From Octopus bimaculoides (Eukaryota), in NCBI RefSeq assembly GCF_001194135.2, contig NC_068993.1:48862189-48926188 (forward strand): 64,000 nt of DNA. The letters run 5' to 3'. Each line of letters begins with the position of its first letter. The first letter of the stretch is position 1. Shown piece by piece: positions 12,623-25,389 of the stretch. Both the position numbers and the translations under genes were made by a program. The notes under the pieces were generated by a model, which did not search any database, had not been told where the DNA came from, and worked only from the letters and a program-made list of their open reading frames with translations.

Positions 12623-13234
12623 TAATATGTATGTATTTATGTATGCATATATATAGATATATATGTATGCATACATATATACATGCATGTATTCATGTGT
12701 GTCCATGAGTGTGTATGTATGTGTGTATATGTACGTGTATGTATATAAGTGTTTGTGAGTGTTTGTGTATACTCTCTGTTTCCCTTTAGTTCTGTTCTTC
12801 CATTTCTGCATTCATTATTATCACTCGCGTTTGCACTCCTTTCCTCTATTTATTTATTTATTTCTTCCTTTCTTTCTTTCTTTTTTCTGTCTTTCTTTCT
12901 TTCTTTCTCACCTTTCACCCTATCCACCTTTCCCTCCCCCTTGCATCCTGTTCTTACACGATTTATAACCACACCTATCTATTTACTAGTCCAGTATATA
13001 TAATATCCTGGAGTTTTTTTCTCATTGAAATTCTTACGAAGGTATTTACAAAATTTTATATGCATACATGTATGTGTGTGTGTGTGTGTATGAGTGTGTG
13101 TGTGTGTGTACGTAGTTTCAGGTATACAAGCACTTATGCATAAACATATAGATATGCACATACCATACATAAAAGCATACTTTTGTATACGTGTGTATAT
13201 GCGTGCGTATACCTGTGTGCGTTTGTATGTATAC

Positions 13235-13280
<46 letters not shown>

Positions 13281-15190
13281 GTGTGTGTGTGTGTGTACAT
13301 ACATATATACATACATGCACACACGCACACACACATACGCATATACAAAAGGAGAGGGGAATGAGAGAGAGAGACGGAGAGAGGGGAGAAAGTGAGAGCG
13401 AGAGCGAAGACGTGAGTGAAGTTTGAAAATGGAGTGTGGAGTCTTTAAAAACATTTATTTATCTAATCGGTTTCACTATTAGCCTTAAGTTAACGTAGAT
13501 CAAGCTGACCTGTAAATTAAAGAATTTGCAGGTATGGTAGTCTTGTCCGCATTTTTTTTCTTTTGTACTAAGCACAATGAATCCCTGATTACCTTATCTA
13601 AAGTTCCCAAATTAAAGATAACAGTGAAATTGTCTGCTGTTTCCTCTTCTGCAACATTTCTTTTTCTCTTCCACTCTCCACTCGCGTTTGCTCACCCCTT
13701 TCTTTTTAAACTTAGAAAGGTCTAGAATGGCAGCACTCGGGAGCCACCATCAGCTGGAACTCCAAGACAATTGTTTTATTCTACTGGACAGTCTACTTGT
13801 GTTCTGTTACTTCTCAGAGCCCCTCTATCATTGCCACTATTCTAGCCTGTGCTGGCCCTGTTAGATAGCACATTGGTGACCTCTCATCACACGTCTTCCC
13901 AAATAGAGGTGTCATAAGCACTTGCGACGAGCAAGTGCCTGGAGCCACAGCCCCGTCCTTCACTCATTGTTACATACAGCAAATGTTCCTGTTGTTTACT
14001 ACTTGCTATATAAGCTACAGGGGCCCGCACTCCCTGTAGCTATTTTTTCATATGCGTAGGTGTGGGTGATACCGTAATTTTCGTTCTTATCGGTTTACGC
14101 ATTTATAGACAAATATTTTATTTTTCTGGGTGCGGTGTTCCTCAGCGATTGGAAGTTTCATGACACAAAGGCATATTGCATTTATATATTATGACATATT
14201 CTTCCTTGCAATCCGGTTATTACGCAATCTACTTATGGTGAATTACAAAACAGTCGAAGATTGTTCGCTTTCTTTTTATTTCACGAAATGTAAAAAAAAA
14301 AAATGATGCATAAAAAACGTATGATACACTATTTACAAAAAAGAGCATAAAGAGGTTCTTAGGAATGGAATGAAGTAGTTCACTATTGGGAATGCACTAC
14401 TCAGACTTGTGAGACCATCGGGAAAGATTGTAGTAAAAAAACCATCGTCCATTTCATGACAGCCTGCAAGAGAAGGACTGTATGCAAAGTCATTTAAAAA
14501 AAAATTATTTACAAATTTTAAGATATGTTTTTAATGCTGCTAAAAATTATTTGATTACTGAAACAGCATCTTTTTAAAATAATTTTTTTACATCTTCTGA
14601 GACTAGAGAGAATCGCATCTTTTCACACAAAATGATTCCAGACAATTGGTCAACGATAGGGGTAGCTGAATTTATTAAATTTTATTATGACATAACTATT
14701 ACATTTAAATGTTACCCCCAAATAAGTCGCCGGTTATTTGTGAATATTCTTTATAAATTTTTCGTGAACACATTTTGATATAGAATTGTGATAAACTTTA
14801 AACATTAGTCTCAAGTGAACAGCCAATTTTATTTCATGAATCTTTACTATTTTATTACCAAGCTTTAAAGGCCTAGAGTGGGATCCTCTGGGAACCTTTG
14901 ATATAATCCTGTCAACATGTTTTTGTAATGTATAAAGTCTACTTAATTTTCACTTCATTACTGTTGTTGTTGTTGTGTTGTTGTTGTTGTTGACGCCGTC
15001 GGGGTTTCTTTTTTTTTATATCATCAGGTTTATATGAAGCAGATGACACCAACGACTTTCCTTCTACTCTTTCATGTTAACTGTGGTTGCCATATTCACC
15101 AGCGCTGTAATTACAAACCGAGACACTTGACATAATCATCTCTCCACCATTCTCTTTGTTTCAATTAAACTCTCTTTCACTTATGCTGTA

Positions 15191-15605
15191 TAGGCGTAGG
15201 AGTGGCTGTGTGGTAAGTAGCTTGCTTACCAACCACATAGTTCCGGGTTCAGTCCCACTGCGTGGCATCTTGGGCAAGTGTCTTCTACTATAGCCTCGGG
15301 CCGACCAAAGCCTTGTGAGTGGATTTGGTAGACGGAAACTGAAAGAAGCCCGTCGTATATATGTATATATATATATATACGTGTATGTATGTATGTATGT
15401 GTGTTTGTGCATCTGTGTTTGTCCCCTCACCATCGCTTGACAACCCATGCTGGTGCTTACATCCCCGTAACTTAGCGGTTCGGCAAAAAGAGAACGATAG
15501 AATAAGTACTAGGTTTACAAAGAATAAGTCCTGGGGTCGATTTGCTCGACTAAAGGCGGTACTCCAGCATGGCCGCAGTCAAATGACTGAAACAATTAAA
15601 AGAGT
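15191..15605 (+). mobile_element. SINE family A, near full length, with internal microsatellite
   Basis: A-box TGGCTGTGTGGTAAG, B-box GGTTCAGTCCC, body GGCAAGTGTCTTCTACTATAGCCTCGGGCCGACC, a central (TA)/(TATG)/(TG) tract, and tail CAGCATGGCCGCAGTCAAATGACTGAAAC. Confidence 0.9.
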
Positions 15606-17153
15606 ANNNNNNNNNNNNNNNNNNNNNNNNNNNNNNNNNNNNNNNNNNNNNNNNNNNNNNNNNNNNNNNNNNNNNNNNNNNNNNNNNNNNNNNNNNNNNN
15701 NNNNNNNNNNNNNNNNNNNNNNNNNNNNNNNNNNNNNNNNNNNNNNNNNNNNNNNNNNNNNNNNNNNNNNNNNNNNNNNNNNNNNNNNNNNNNNNNNNNN
15801 NNNNNNNNNNNNNNNNNNNNNNNNNNNNNNNNNNNNNNNNNNNNNNNNNNNNNNNNNNNNNNNNNNNNNNNNNNNNNNNNNNNNNNNNNNNNNNNNNNNN
15901 NNNNNNNNNNNNNNNNNNNNNNNNNNNNNNNNNNNNNNNNNNNNNNNNNNNNNNNNNNNNNNNNNNNNNNNNNNNNNNNNNNNNNNNNNNNNNNNNNNNN
16001 NNNNNNNNNNNNNNNNNNNNNNNNNNNNNNNNNNNNNNNNNNNNNNNNNNNNNNNNNNNNNNNNNNNNNNNNNNNNNNNNNNNNNNNNNNNNNNNNNNNN
16101 NNNNNNNNNNNNNNNNNNNNNNNNNNNNNNNNNNNNNNNNNNNNNNNNNNNNNNNNNNNNNNNNNNNNNNNNNNNNNNNNNNNNNNNNNNNNNNNNNNGG
16201 AGAAGAAGAAGAACAACAACAACAACAAGAACAAGAACAAGAACAAGAACAAGAACAGCAACAACAACAACAACAACAAGACGAAGAAGAAGAAGAAGAA
16301 GAAGAAGAAGAAGAAGAACAACAACAACAACAACAACAATGGTTTCAAATATAGGCGCAATGCCAGCAAATTTTGTCAGGAATGTAATAGTCGAAGCCAT
16401 CTATCCTCACGGTTAATAATACTAATACTAATAATATTTCTTATGGTTATATTCTTCTCTATTCATATTTTCTTCTTCATTTATGAAAACCCATTTTGTC
16501 AGTTTTTCACTGTAAAAGCACCAATGATATATTCAATGGAGAAAATAGTAAATAGGAGTTGCAAATCTAGTTAACCCACCTATCAACCACACGCTGTGAA
16601 AGATTCTGAAAATCACAGCGAAAGATTTTGATATAATTATTTTTATGACTTGTTTTATAGTATGGTTAATGTTAGCGCTTTTTTTTTCAATTGCTGTTAC
16701 AATAGTTTGTTGTTGTTTTGTTGTTATTTTTTTAAATGTTTTTGCTTCATTTTGTTCTTGAAGTTTTTAGTTTCCATTTCTGTTTAACCAGAGAAAATCG
16801 CCATAAAAAAAAAATAAACAAAAATTTCCATAAATTTAAATAAACAGAAGAGCAAATAGAATAAAGTTAAAAAAAGCTTGTTGTTTTGTATGGGATTGAA
16901 ATTACAGTAAAAGTAGTTAAAAAGAAAATAAAACACACAAACACACACACGCACAGACACATATACACATGCGAAGAAACACACACTTAAACATATGCGC
17001 TTATATGCACGTACACACGCGCGCACACGCATACGCACCAGGGAAATACAAAGTAGAGAGGGGAAGCTCCCGTTTCCGTTGAAAGAAAAAAAGAAGAAAA
17101 AAAAGGGTAAGAAACACTGTTAATGTGAAAGCGCAGAATATTAGGCGGTTAGA

Positions 17154-17317
17154 GGAAGAAGAAGAAGAAGAAGAAGAAGAAGAAGAAGGAGAAGAAGAAG
17201 AAGAAGAAGAAGAAGAAGAAGAAGAAGAAGAAGAAGAAGAAGGAGAAGAAGAAGAAGAAGAAGAAGAAGAAGAAGAAGAAGAAGAAGAAGAAGAAGAAGA
17301 AGAAGAAGAAGAAGAAC
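17154..17317. repeat. (GAA)n microsatellite
   Basis: Seen directly; it produces the spurious poly-E and poly-S ORFs. Confidence 0.95.
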
Positions 17318-18788
17318 TATGACGTAAAGGAAAACAGCAACAAAAACAAAAACAACACCCAGCTAGCGGGAAAACAAAAGAAATTTGAATAACGGAACAA
17401 AATTTGCTGTTCATTTTCTTTTTCTTTCGTGTGCGTCTTGTTTTGTTTTAAATTTGTGGTTAAATTACCGGGGTAAATACGAGAATAGGGGTGGCAAGGT
17501 ATGCGTGTGTGTGTCTAGGTGGTATAGGCACTTATATATATATCTACTTATGCATACACACACATACATACGCACACACACATATCTACATATATATTAT
17601 GCATACACACGTAATACATGAATAATACATACACCTGTATAGATTAGGTATATAAAATATATGCATGTGTAATATTTACATATATATCCTACAATACATA
17701 TATGCAAACATTTATATGTGTGTATACGTATCTATGTATATGTACCTCTGTATGTATGTATATATATATATATATATNNNNNNNNNNNNNNNNNNNNNNN
17801 NNNNNNNNNNNNNNNNNNNNNNNNNNNNNNNNNNNNNNNNNNNNNNNNNNNNNNNNNNNNNNNNNNNNNNNNNNNNNNNNNNNNNNNNNNNNNNNNNNNN
17901 NNNNNNNNNNNNNNNNNNNNNNNNNNNNNNNNNNNNNNNNNNNNNNNNNNNNNNNNNNNNNNNNNNNNNNNNNNNNNNNNNNNNNNNNNNNNNNNNNNNN
18001 NNNNNNNNNNNNNNNNNNNNNNNNNNNNNNNNNNNNNNNNNNNNNNNNNNNNNNNNNNNNNNNNNNNNNNNNNNNNNNNNNNNNNNNNNNNNNNNNNNNN
18101 NNNNNNNNNNNNNNNNNNNNNNNNNNNNNNNNNNNNNNNNNNNNNNNNNNNNNNNNNNNNNNNNNNNNNNNNNNNNNNNNNNNNNNNNNNNNNNNNNNNN
18201 NNNNNNNNNNNNNNNNNNNNNNNNNNNNNNNNNNNNNNNNNNNNNNNNNNNNNNNNNNNNNNNNNNNNNNNNNNNNNNNNNNNNNNNNNNNNNNNNNNNN
18301 NNNNNNNNNNNNNNNNNNNNNNNNNNNNNNNNNNNNNNNNNNNNNNNNNNNNNNNNNNNNNNNNNNNNNNNNNNNNNNNNNNNNNNNNNNNNNNNNNNNN
18401 NNNNNNNNNNNNNNNNNNNNNNNNNNNNNNNNNNNNNNNNNNNNNNNNNNNNNNNNNNNNNNNNNNNNNNNNATATATACATTTATATATACACACATAA
18501 ACATAAAGAGATTACGTTTATATTCATACATATTGTATGCGATGAATGGTCAATTAATATATATATTTAATATATATTCATATTTTATGCATTACATGAT
18601 GTATGTATACATATATATACAATCATACGTAAACATATATTACACACATTTACATTTGATATATACAATATATACGTATACTATACACACATGTACGCAT
18701 ACATGCATATACCTAGGCATATAAATATATGTAGAGTTATATAATATATATTTATATGTATATATATATGTATTTCATCTCTTTCTCT

Positions 18789-18862
<74 letters not shown>

Positions 18863-19959
18863 NNNNNNNNNNNNNNNNNNNNNNNNNNNNNNNNNNNNNN
18901 NNNNNNNNNNNNNNNNNNNNNNNNNNNNNNNNNNNNNNNNNNNNNNNNNNNNNNNNNNNNNNNNNNNNNNNNNNNNNNNNNNNNNNNNNNNNNNNNNNNN
19001 NNNNNNNNNNNNNNNNNNNNNNNNNNNNNNNNNNNNNNNNNNNNNNNNNNNNNNNNNNNNNNNNNNNNNNNNNNNNNNNNNNNNNNNNNNNNNNNNNNNN
19101 NNNNNNNNNNNNNNNNATATGTATATCTATACATATATATCATATATATGCATCTATATATATATATATGTATATATAAATGCATATATATATACATATA
19201 TATATATGTATATATGTATATATATATACATATATATACATATATATGCATATACACTTATGGATACATATATGTGTGTATGTGTATGTGTGCGCGAGTG
19301 TGTGTGTGTATGTCTGCGTGTGTCAGTGTGTGTGTGTGTGCACGTGCGTGTATGTGTATGTGTGTGTGTGTTTATTTGTTAGAGTTGAAATAAACTCCTT
19401 AAATAGCTGATGGCAGGCATTAAATCTTTGAACAGATGTTATTTTATTGAGTTGTTGCTCTCCTAAAGCAAGAGCACATCGTCGAAATACAAACCGAATG
19501 TCTAACGGTTCGAATCTGGCTAAAGCTTATGGAGTCCCTCCAGGGCTAGAACAAACTAAATGTGTAAAATAACTTACCCTATTTAGACACCCCTGTTTTT
19601 GGATCCATGTGTTCGTTGGGGATATTCTGATGTCTAAATTCTCTTCACACTAGCTTTAAATATCTTATATTCTAAGTGTATCTTGGAAACTTTGAACAAC
19701 GTTCAGCCATGTACTTCTAGCATCTTTTGTTAAGGTTAGTTCTACAAATATTCCATAGACACAATAGACAGCACTGAGTTTTTCTTCAACGTTTTGTATC
19801 GAGATGTCATATATATATATAAACAAACAATGAAATCGGATACAAAAAACACTGTGATGCGAGATACATTGTGTCTCAGCAGAAGATAGAATGGTCACTG
19901 TTGGATGTTTTCTAGTCACAAGTCAGCTTGATCAGGGTTGACGTAGGGTTTATAACGGT

Positions 19960-20360
19960 TTTAAATTTTGGCATCAGGCAAGCAATTTCGGAGGAAGGGA
20001 GCTAAGTCGATTACATCGATCCCAGTGCTCATTTGCTACTTATATTATCAACCCAGAAATGGTGAAAGGGCGGCGTGTTGGAAGAATCGTTACCGCGCCG
20101 GGCGAAATACTTAGCGTTATTTCGTCTGCCACTACGTTATGAGTTCAAATTCCGCCGAGGCCGACTTAGTCTTTCATCCTTTCGGGGTCGATTAAATAAG
20201 TACCAGTCACGCACTGAGGTCGATATAATCGACTTAATTCGTTTGTCTGCCCTTGTTTATCCCCTCTGTGTGTAGCCCCTTGTGGGCAATAAAGAAATAA
20301 GAAATGATGAAAGGTAAATTTAACCCCGGTGGTATTTGAACCCAGAACGTAAACACGTGG
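19960..20360 (-). mobile_element. Older SINE family B copy interrupted by a younger copy
   Basis: The left part (GGCATCAGGC...CGATCCCAGTG...GGTGAAAGG) continues after 20300 as ATGAAAGGTAAATTTAACCCCGGTGGTATTTGAACCCAGAACGT. Confidence 0.7.
20070..20299 (+). mobile_element. SINE family B (long tail), nested insertion with 15-bp target-site duplication
   Basis: B-box GAGTTCAAATTCC, body CTTTCATCCTTTCGGGGTCGAT..AAGTACCAG and tail GGCAATAAAGAAATA. Flanks are AGAAATGGTGAAAGG (20055-20069) and AGAAATGATGAAAGG (20300-20314). Confidence 0.9.
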
Positions 20361-20404
20361 TAGTGAAGATTCTTCCAGCTCGCCGCCTTCTGAGGTTAAA
20401 TAAT

Positions 20405-20600
20405 AATAATTTCAAATTTTGGCACAAGGCCAGCAATTTCGTGAGAAGAGGTAAGTCAATCGCATCGATTCCAGTGTTCAATTGGTGCTTGTTTTATCGA
20501 CCCCGAGGGGTTGAGAAGCAAAAAGCAGAGTAGACCCCGGTGGAAATTGAACTTAGAACATGAAGACGGATGAAATGCTGCTAAGCATTATTGTTGGTGT
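20405..20600 (-). mobile_element. SINE family B, diverged
   Basis: TTTGGCACAAGGCCAGC...ATCGACCCCGAGG...GGAAATTGAACTTAGAAC. Confidence 0.7.
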
Positions 20601-20611
20601 ATTAACAATTC

Positions 20612-20935
20612 TCATTTCTTTATTGCCCACAAGGGGCTAAAGCATAGAGGGGACAAACAAGGACATACAAAGGGATAAGTCGATTAGATCGACCCCCAGT
20701 GCGTAACTGGTACTTAATTTATCGACCCCGAAAGGATGAAAGGTCAATTCGACCTCAGCGGAATTTGAACTCAGAACGTAACGGCAGACGAAATANNNNN
20801 NNNNNCTTAATTTATCGACTCCGAAAGGATGAAAGGCAAACTCGACCTCAGCGGAATTTGAACTCAGAACGTAACGGCAGACGAAATACCGCTAAGCATT
20901 TCGCCCGGCGCGCTAATGATTCTGGCAGCTTGGCG
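20612..20935 (-). mobile_element. SINE family B (long tail); an internal 83 bp is duplicated across a 10-N gap
   Basis: Reverse complement matches the 20070-20299 copy; the head end is GATTCTGGCAGCTTGGCG. Confidence 0.9.
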
Positions 20936-20984
20936 TAGTAACAATTTTGCTTGTTCGCTGCCTCTTGGGGTTAAAAAATGATGA

Positions 20985-22110
20985 CAACAAGAATCACTAC
21001 AATCGCCATTGCTGTCATTGCAATCGTCATCATTACAATCACGATCACTCCGACCACCATAACCATCACAATCAGCATCAGCATCATCACAATCATAATC
21101 GCCACTATCACCATAAGTATTACAATCACTATCATCATAACCAACATCATCATCATCATCACCGCCGCCACTTTTTTTCTTTCACTACAACCGCCATCAG
21201 AATTATCGCAAACAACACCTTCGCCACCATCACACCGCTACCGTCTCTGCCATCACCATCACCACCACCACCTCCTCTACTATCACCACTACCATCATAA
21301 CTACTACCGCTACCAAAACTCCACTATAGCCTCTACCACTAATAACCCCGCCTTCATTATTATGGTTGTGGTGTTTGTAGTTGTGATGCAACCACTTCTA
21401 CTACCACCAGCACCACAACCACCACAACTGTCACCACCAAACTACTATAGATGCCGGCAACACTAACACAACCACCGCAACCACCATCACCACAACTACC
21501 ACTGCAACTATCACCACAACCATTTCCTCTGCTACCGCCACAACAACCATCACACCATCGCTAAAACCAAATTCTCCACCATTACCACCAACCCAACACC
21601 AGCACCACTACCACCGACACCACGACCATCACCACCACCACCATCACTGCCACCGCCTTCACCACCGCCGCCTTCCCCACCGCCGCCTTCACCACCACCG
21701 CCTTCACCACCACCACCACCACTACTACTGCTACTACTACTNNNNNNNNNNNNNNNNNNNNNNNNNNNNNNNNNNNNNNNNNNNNNNNNNNNNNNNNNNN
21801 NNNNNNNNNNNNNNNNNNNNNNNNNNNNNNNNNNNNNNNNNNNNNNNNNNNNNNNNNNNNNNNNNNNNNNNNNNNNNNNNACCACTAACCCACCATCAAC
21901 ACCATTACCACCGCCACCACCAAACTACCACCAACACCGCCACCCCCGCACCACAATGACGACGAAAACCACGACTATGCCTACCACGACCACGACTACC
22001 ACCACCACCACCATCCCCATCAGCGGGGCCGCCCCCACCACCACCACCACAATCACTACCAAAATCCCTATCACCACCGCTATCACCACCACCACTACCA
22101 CCCCCTATAA
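20985..22110. repeat. Degenerate (ACC/ATC/CCG)n trinucleotide field
   Basis: Seen directly. Similar fields lie at 22390-22890, 27300-27600, 37850-38960, 52460-53500 and 63200-64000. Confidence 0.85.
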
Positions 22111-23397
22111 CCCATACCTTCCCTTCCGTTTATTACCATTTCTTTCATTGAACATCTGTCCACTGTTTGACTTACCAGAAAGAACTGGGGTTGGGGGGCT
22201 TGTGTAAAGGTTAAGTTTAGGGGTTAGTGGGTGTTTAGTTAGAGATAGATTTGGTTGCGGTGGGGGTCGGGCTGAAGGAATCCTTCATTATCTGCAGTTT
22301 ACTTAATGAAGTTAAGTCCTTATATGTAGTTTTACCTAATTAACTGGGTCTCTGTCTCCAGCTTAGCATCAGCCAGGTCTTGGATTTTCTTCATCACCAC
22401 CACCACTACCATCACCACCACCACCATTATCACCACCGCCAATACCAACACCATCACCACCACCACCACCACCAATAACAACAAGACTACCATCGCCTCC
22501 ACAACTATCATACCCCCCTCACTAACACCAACCCTACCACTACTATCAACTCTATCGTCTCCACCAACACCAACACTACCATCATAATCACCATTGTCAT
22601 CACCACTAACACCAAGACTGCCACCACTGTCGCCACCACCAATACTACCACCACCAATGCCACCATCACCAATATCACCACCATCATCACCGCCACTGCC
22701 ACCGCCACCAACAACAACTACTACTGCAACAACAACAGCCACACTACCATCCCGCTACTACTACTAACCAGAACACCAAGAACACTACCACCAATACCAC
22801 TACTACCTTCACCACTATAACCACGTTAGTGATACTCACCATCCGTAATACCAACACCACTATCACCTTCACCATCTCTACCTCCATCACAACAATAGCT
22901 ACCAATCGGCAGACATCAATACACAAAAGCATCAAATTCCTAAAGGAAAGTTATAAAGCCCCTAAGACAAACGCGCCTGTGGAGAACCCGTTTTCTATTT
23001 TGCATCGAACCTCTAACGAGAACATTCAAGCAGATCTGAGGGGGAGAAAAGGTAGCAGTGACATCGCTCTGACCAGGCATGTTACTGGTATCCAGAAACA
23101 TAAAAACAATCATAGCAGCCGAACTCACATTGCTCTCGGAGAAGAAAATTGTCATATCTCACGTAATGAAGTAAGCTAAATACCAAGACTCGTTAGATGA
23201 AACTCTTGTCGAAGGATGTCAGTCCACTTCTTTTCCAGCAAGATCAGAACGCTATTTCCTGTAAAAGATTCGTCTGGAACTCAAACAGCCTTGGTAACTG
23301 AAACTAGTTGAAGCTGGTTTTGGTTCTGGTTGTCACGAGACTGCAGTTGGAACATTTTTGCTGGCGAAGGTTTATTCATTCCTCGTTGCTCCACTCA

Positions 23398-23473
23398 GGC
23401 GAAATGCACTGATTGATTGACGGGCGAAATGCACTGGTTGAAGTGCGAAATGCACTGGTTGAAGGGCGAAATG
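23398..23473. repeat. ~21-bp tandem repeat, about 3.5 copies
   Basis: GGCGAAATGCACTGGTTGAAG and variants. Confidence 0.85.
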
Positions 23474-23491
23474 TTGATGACCCAGACATAC

Positions 23492-23645
23492 CTGATAAAA
23501 GTACGGGAAGATTTCCAACAGAATGATAGCTGCAATCACCACGAGAACAAGAGCTTAACAATATCTTTAAGTAGCTTCTGCAATTTCCACATAGACAGGG
23601 GATGTTTTTATTCCTACATGGAGAGATGTTTTTATTTCTATTAGC
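23492..23645 (-). CDS. Candidate 154-nt internal exon, product unknown
   Basis: A long polypyrimidine tract precedes GAACACAG|, and the donor is CAG|GTATGT. Only phase 0 is open: ANRNKNISPCRNKNIPCLCGNCRSYLKILLSSCSRGDCSYHSVGNLPVLLS. No homology recognised. Confidence 0.25.
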
Positions 23646-25389
23646 CTGTGTTCAAATTAAAGTGCACATGAAAAAGAAAAAAAGAAAAAAACCACTGCCG
23701 CCTTCGTACTTCTATCAGGAAAAAGTATATTTTATGTCTTGAAGATATACAAGAAATAATTAGATAGCAGTTTAGGAATGTTACTGACATATCTATCTAG
23801 TAATCCACAAACATGTCGTATCTACTTATCTATCAATATGCATATATATATATATAGAGAGAGAGAGAGAGGGGGGAGATGAGCGTATATCCTTGTGTAT
23901 GTGTGTATGTATGTACGTGTCTATCAAATTGCGGATGAACAATAAGAGCAGTGCCATTAGAAAAACCTTTCAGATTGTTTACTTAGGATAATTACGGATG
24001 ACACGAGTACAGACTACGTCCACTGAACAAACAGATTTGCGGCTGAGATATTCAAACACAGTCCGTCTGTCGTTTAGTCTTTCTTTCCAGCCATCGTCTC
24101 CGTGTGTATATGTATATACTGTGTGTATACGTACGTGCGTTTGTGTATGTGTGTGTATATATGCATGTATGTATGTACGTATGTATGTATGTATGTACGT
24201 ACGTATGTATGTATGTATGTATGCATATACGCATGTATGTACCTTTATATATATAAACGTANNNNNNNNNNTACGTGTACGTACATATGCAGATGCGCGC
24301 CTGCACACACACACTCAGACACTCATATATATATATATATATATACATACACACATATGCATACATATCATTCTATCCATATCATTACTCTATCATTTCA
24401 TTTGTTCCACTCTTTTCTCTCTCCCCTATCTCTCACCCCTCCTCCCACACATGGACACACACTCGTGGTCAGAATGTCGAGAAATAGCGCGGGGTAACAT
24501 GACTACAAACCAAAAAAATACACCCAATATGAGCGCCATCTCCGCCATCACCACCATCACCATCAATCCTACTAGTACTAACATCCCCCACCATCACCAC
24601 CACTCCACTATACTATATACAGCACTATAATATTTATGGCCATAATGGTTTGGCACAACGTAAAAGTGGTCTTTTAAGGGTCAGAAATTTAAATAGATCT
24701 TGTTCCCAGTTTTTAATTGTACGTCTATGAACGATGAAATATTTCTATACCTTTTATTTCTATTTTACCCGTTAGGATCCCTTTCATTTATATTGCCCTA
24801 ACTCTTCGAAAAGCTTAGTTTTAGAATGGTGGCAGCTGATGAAGGAAATGTTCTCTATGTGGCCTGTGTGTTTTCTGTACTCTGTTTAATCATTTTGTCC
24901 ACGTTTTTTGCAGCGTCCGGTACCCAGATATGCATCTATATATACATGTAGATGTAGGTATGTACATACATGTACGTATATATGCATATACTTATTTATT
25001 ATCTGTATTNNNNNNNNNNNNNNNNNNNNNNNNNNNNNNNNNNNNNNNNNNNNNNNNNNNNNNNNNNNNNNNNNNNNNNNNNNNNNNNNNNNNNNNNNNN
25101 NNNNNNNNNNNNNNNNNNNNNNNNNNNNNNNNNNNNNNNNNNNNNNNNNNNNNNNNNNNNNNNNNNNNNNNNNNNNNNNNNNNNNNNNNNNNNNNNNNNN
25201 NNNNNNNNNNNNNNNNNNNNNNNNNNNNNNNNNNNNNNNNNNNNNNNNNNNNNNNNNNNNNNNNNNNNNNNNNNNNNNNNNNNNNNNNNNNNNNNNNNNN
25301 NNNNNNNNNNNNNNNNNNNNNNNNNNNNNNNNNNNNNNNNNNNNNNNNNNNNNNNNNNNNNNNNNNNNNNNNNNNNNNNNNNNNNNNNN

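Noticed and set aside
23580-23605. IPCLCGNCRSYL as a post-SET motif
   Set aside because: The spacing is CxCx2C rather than CxCx4C, and no SET domain sequence is visible.
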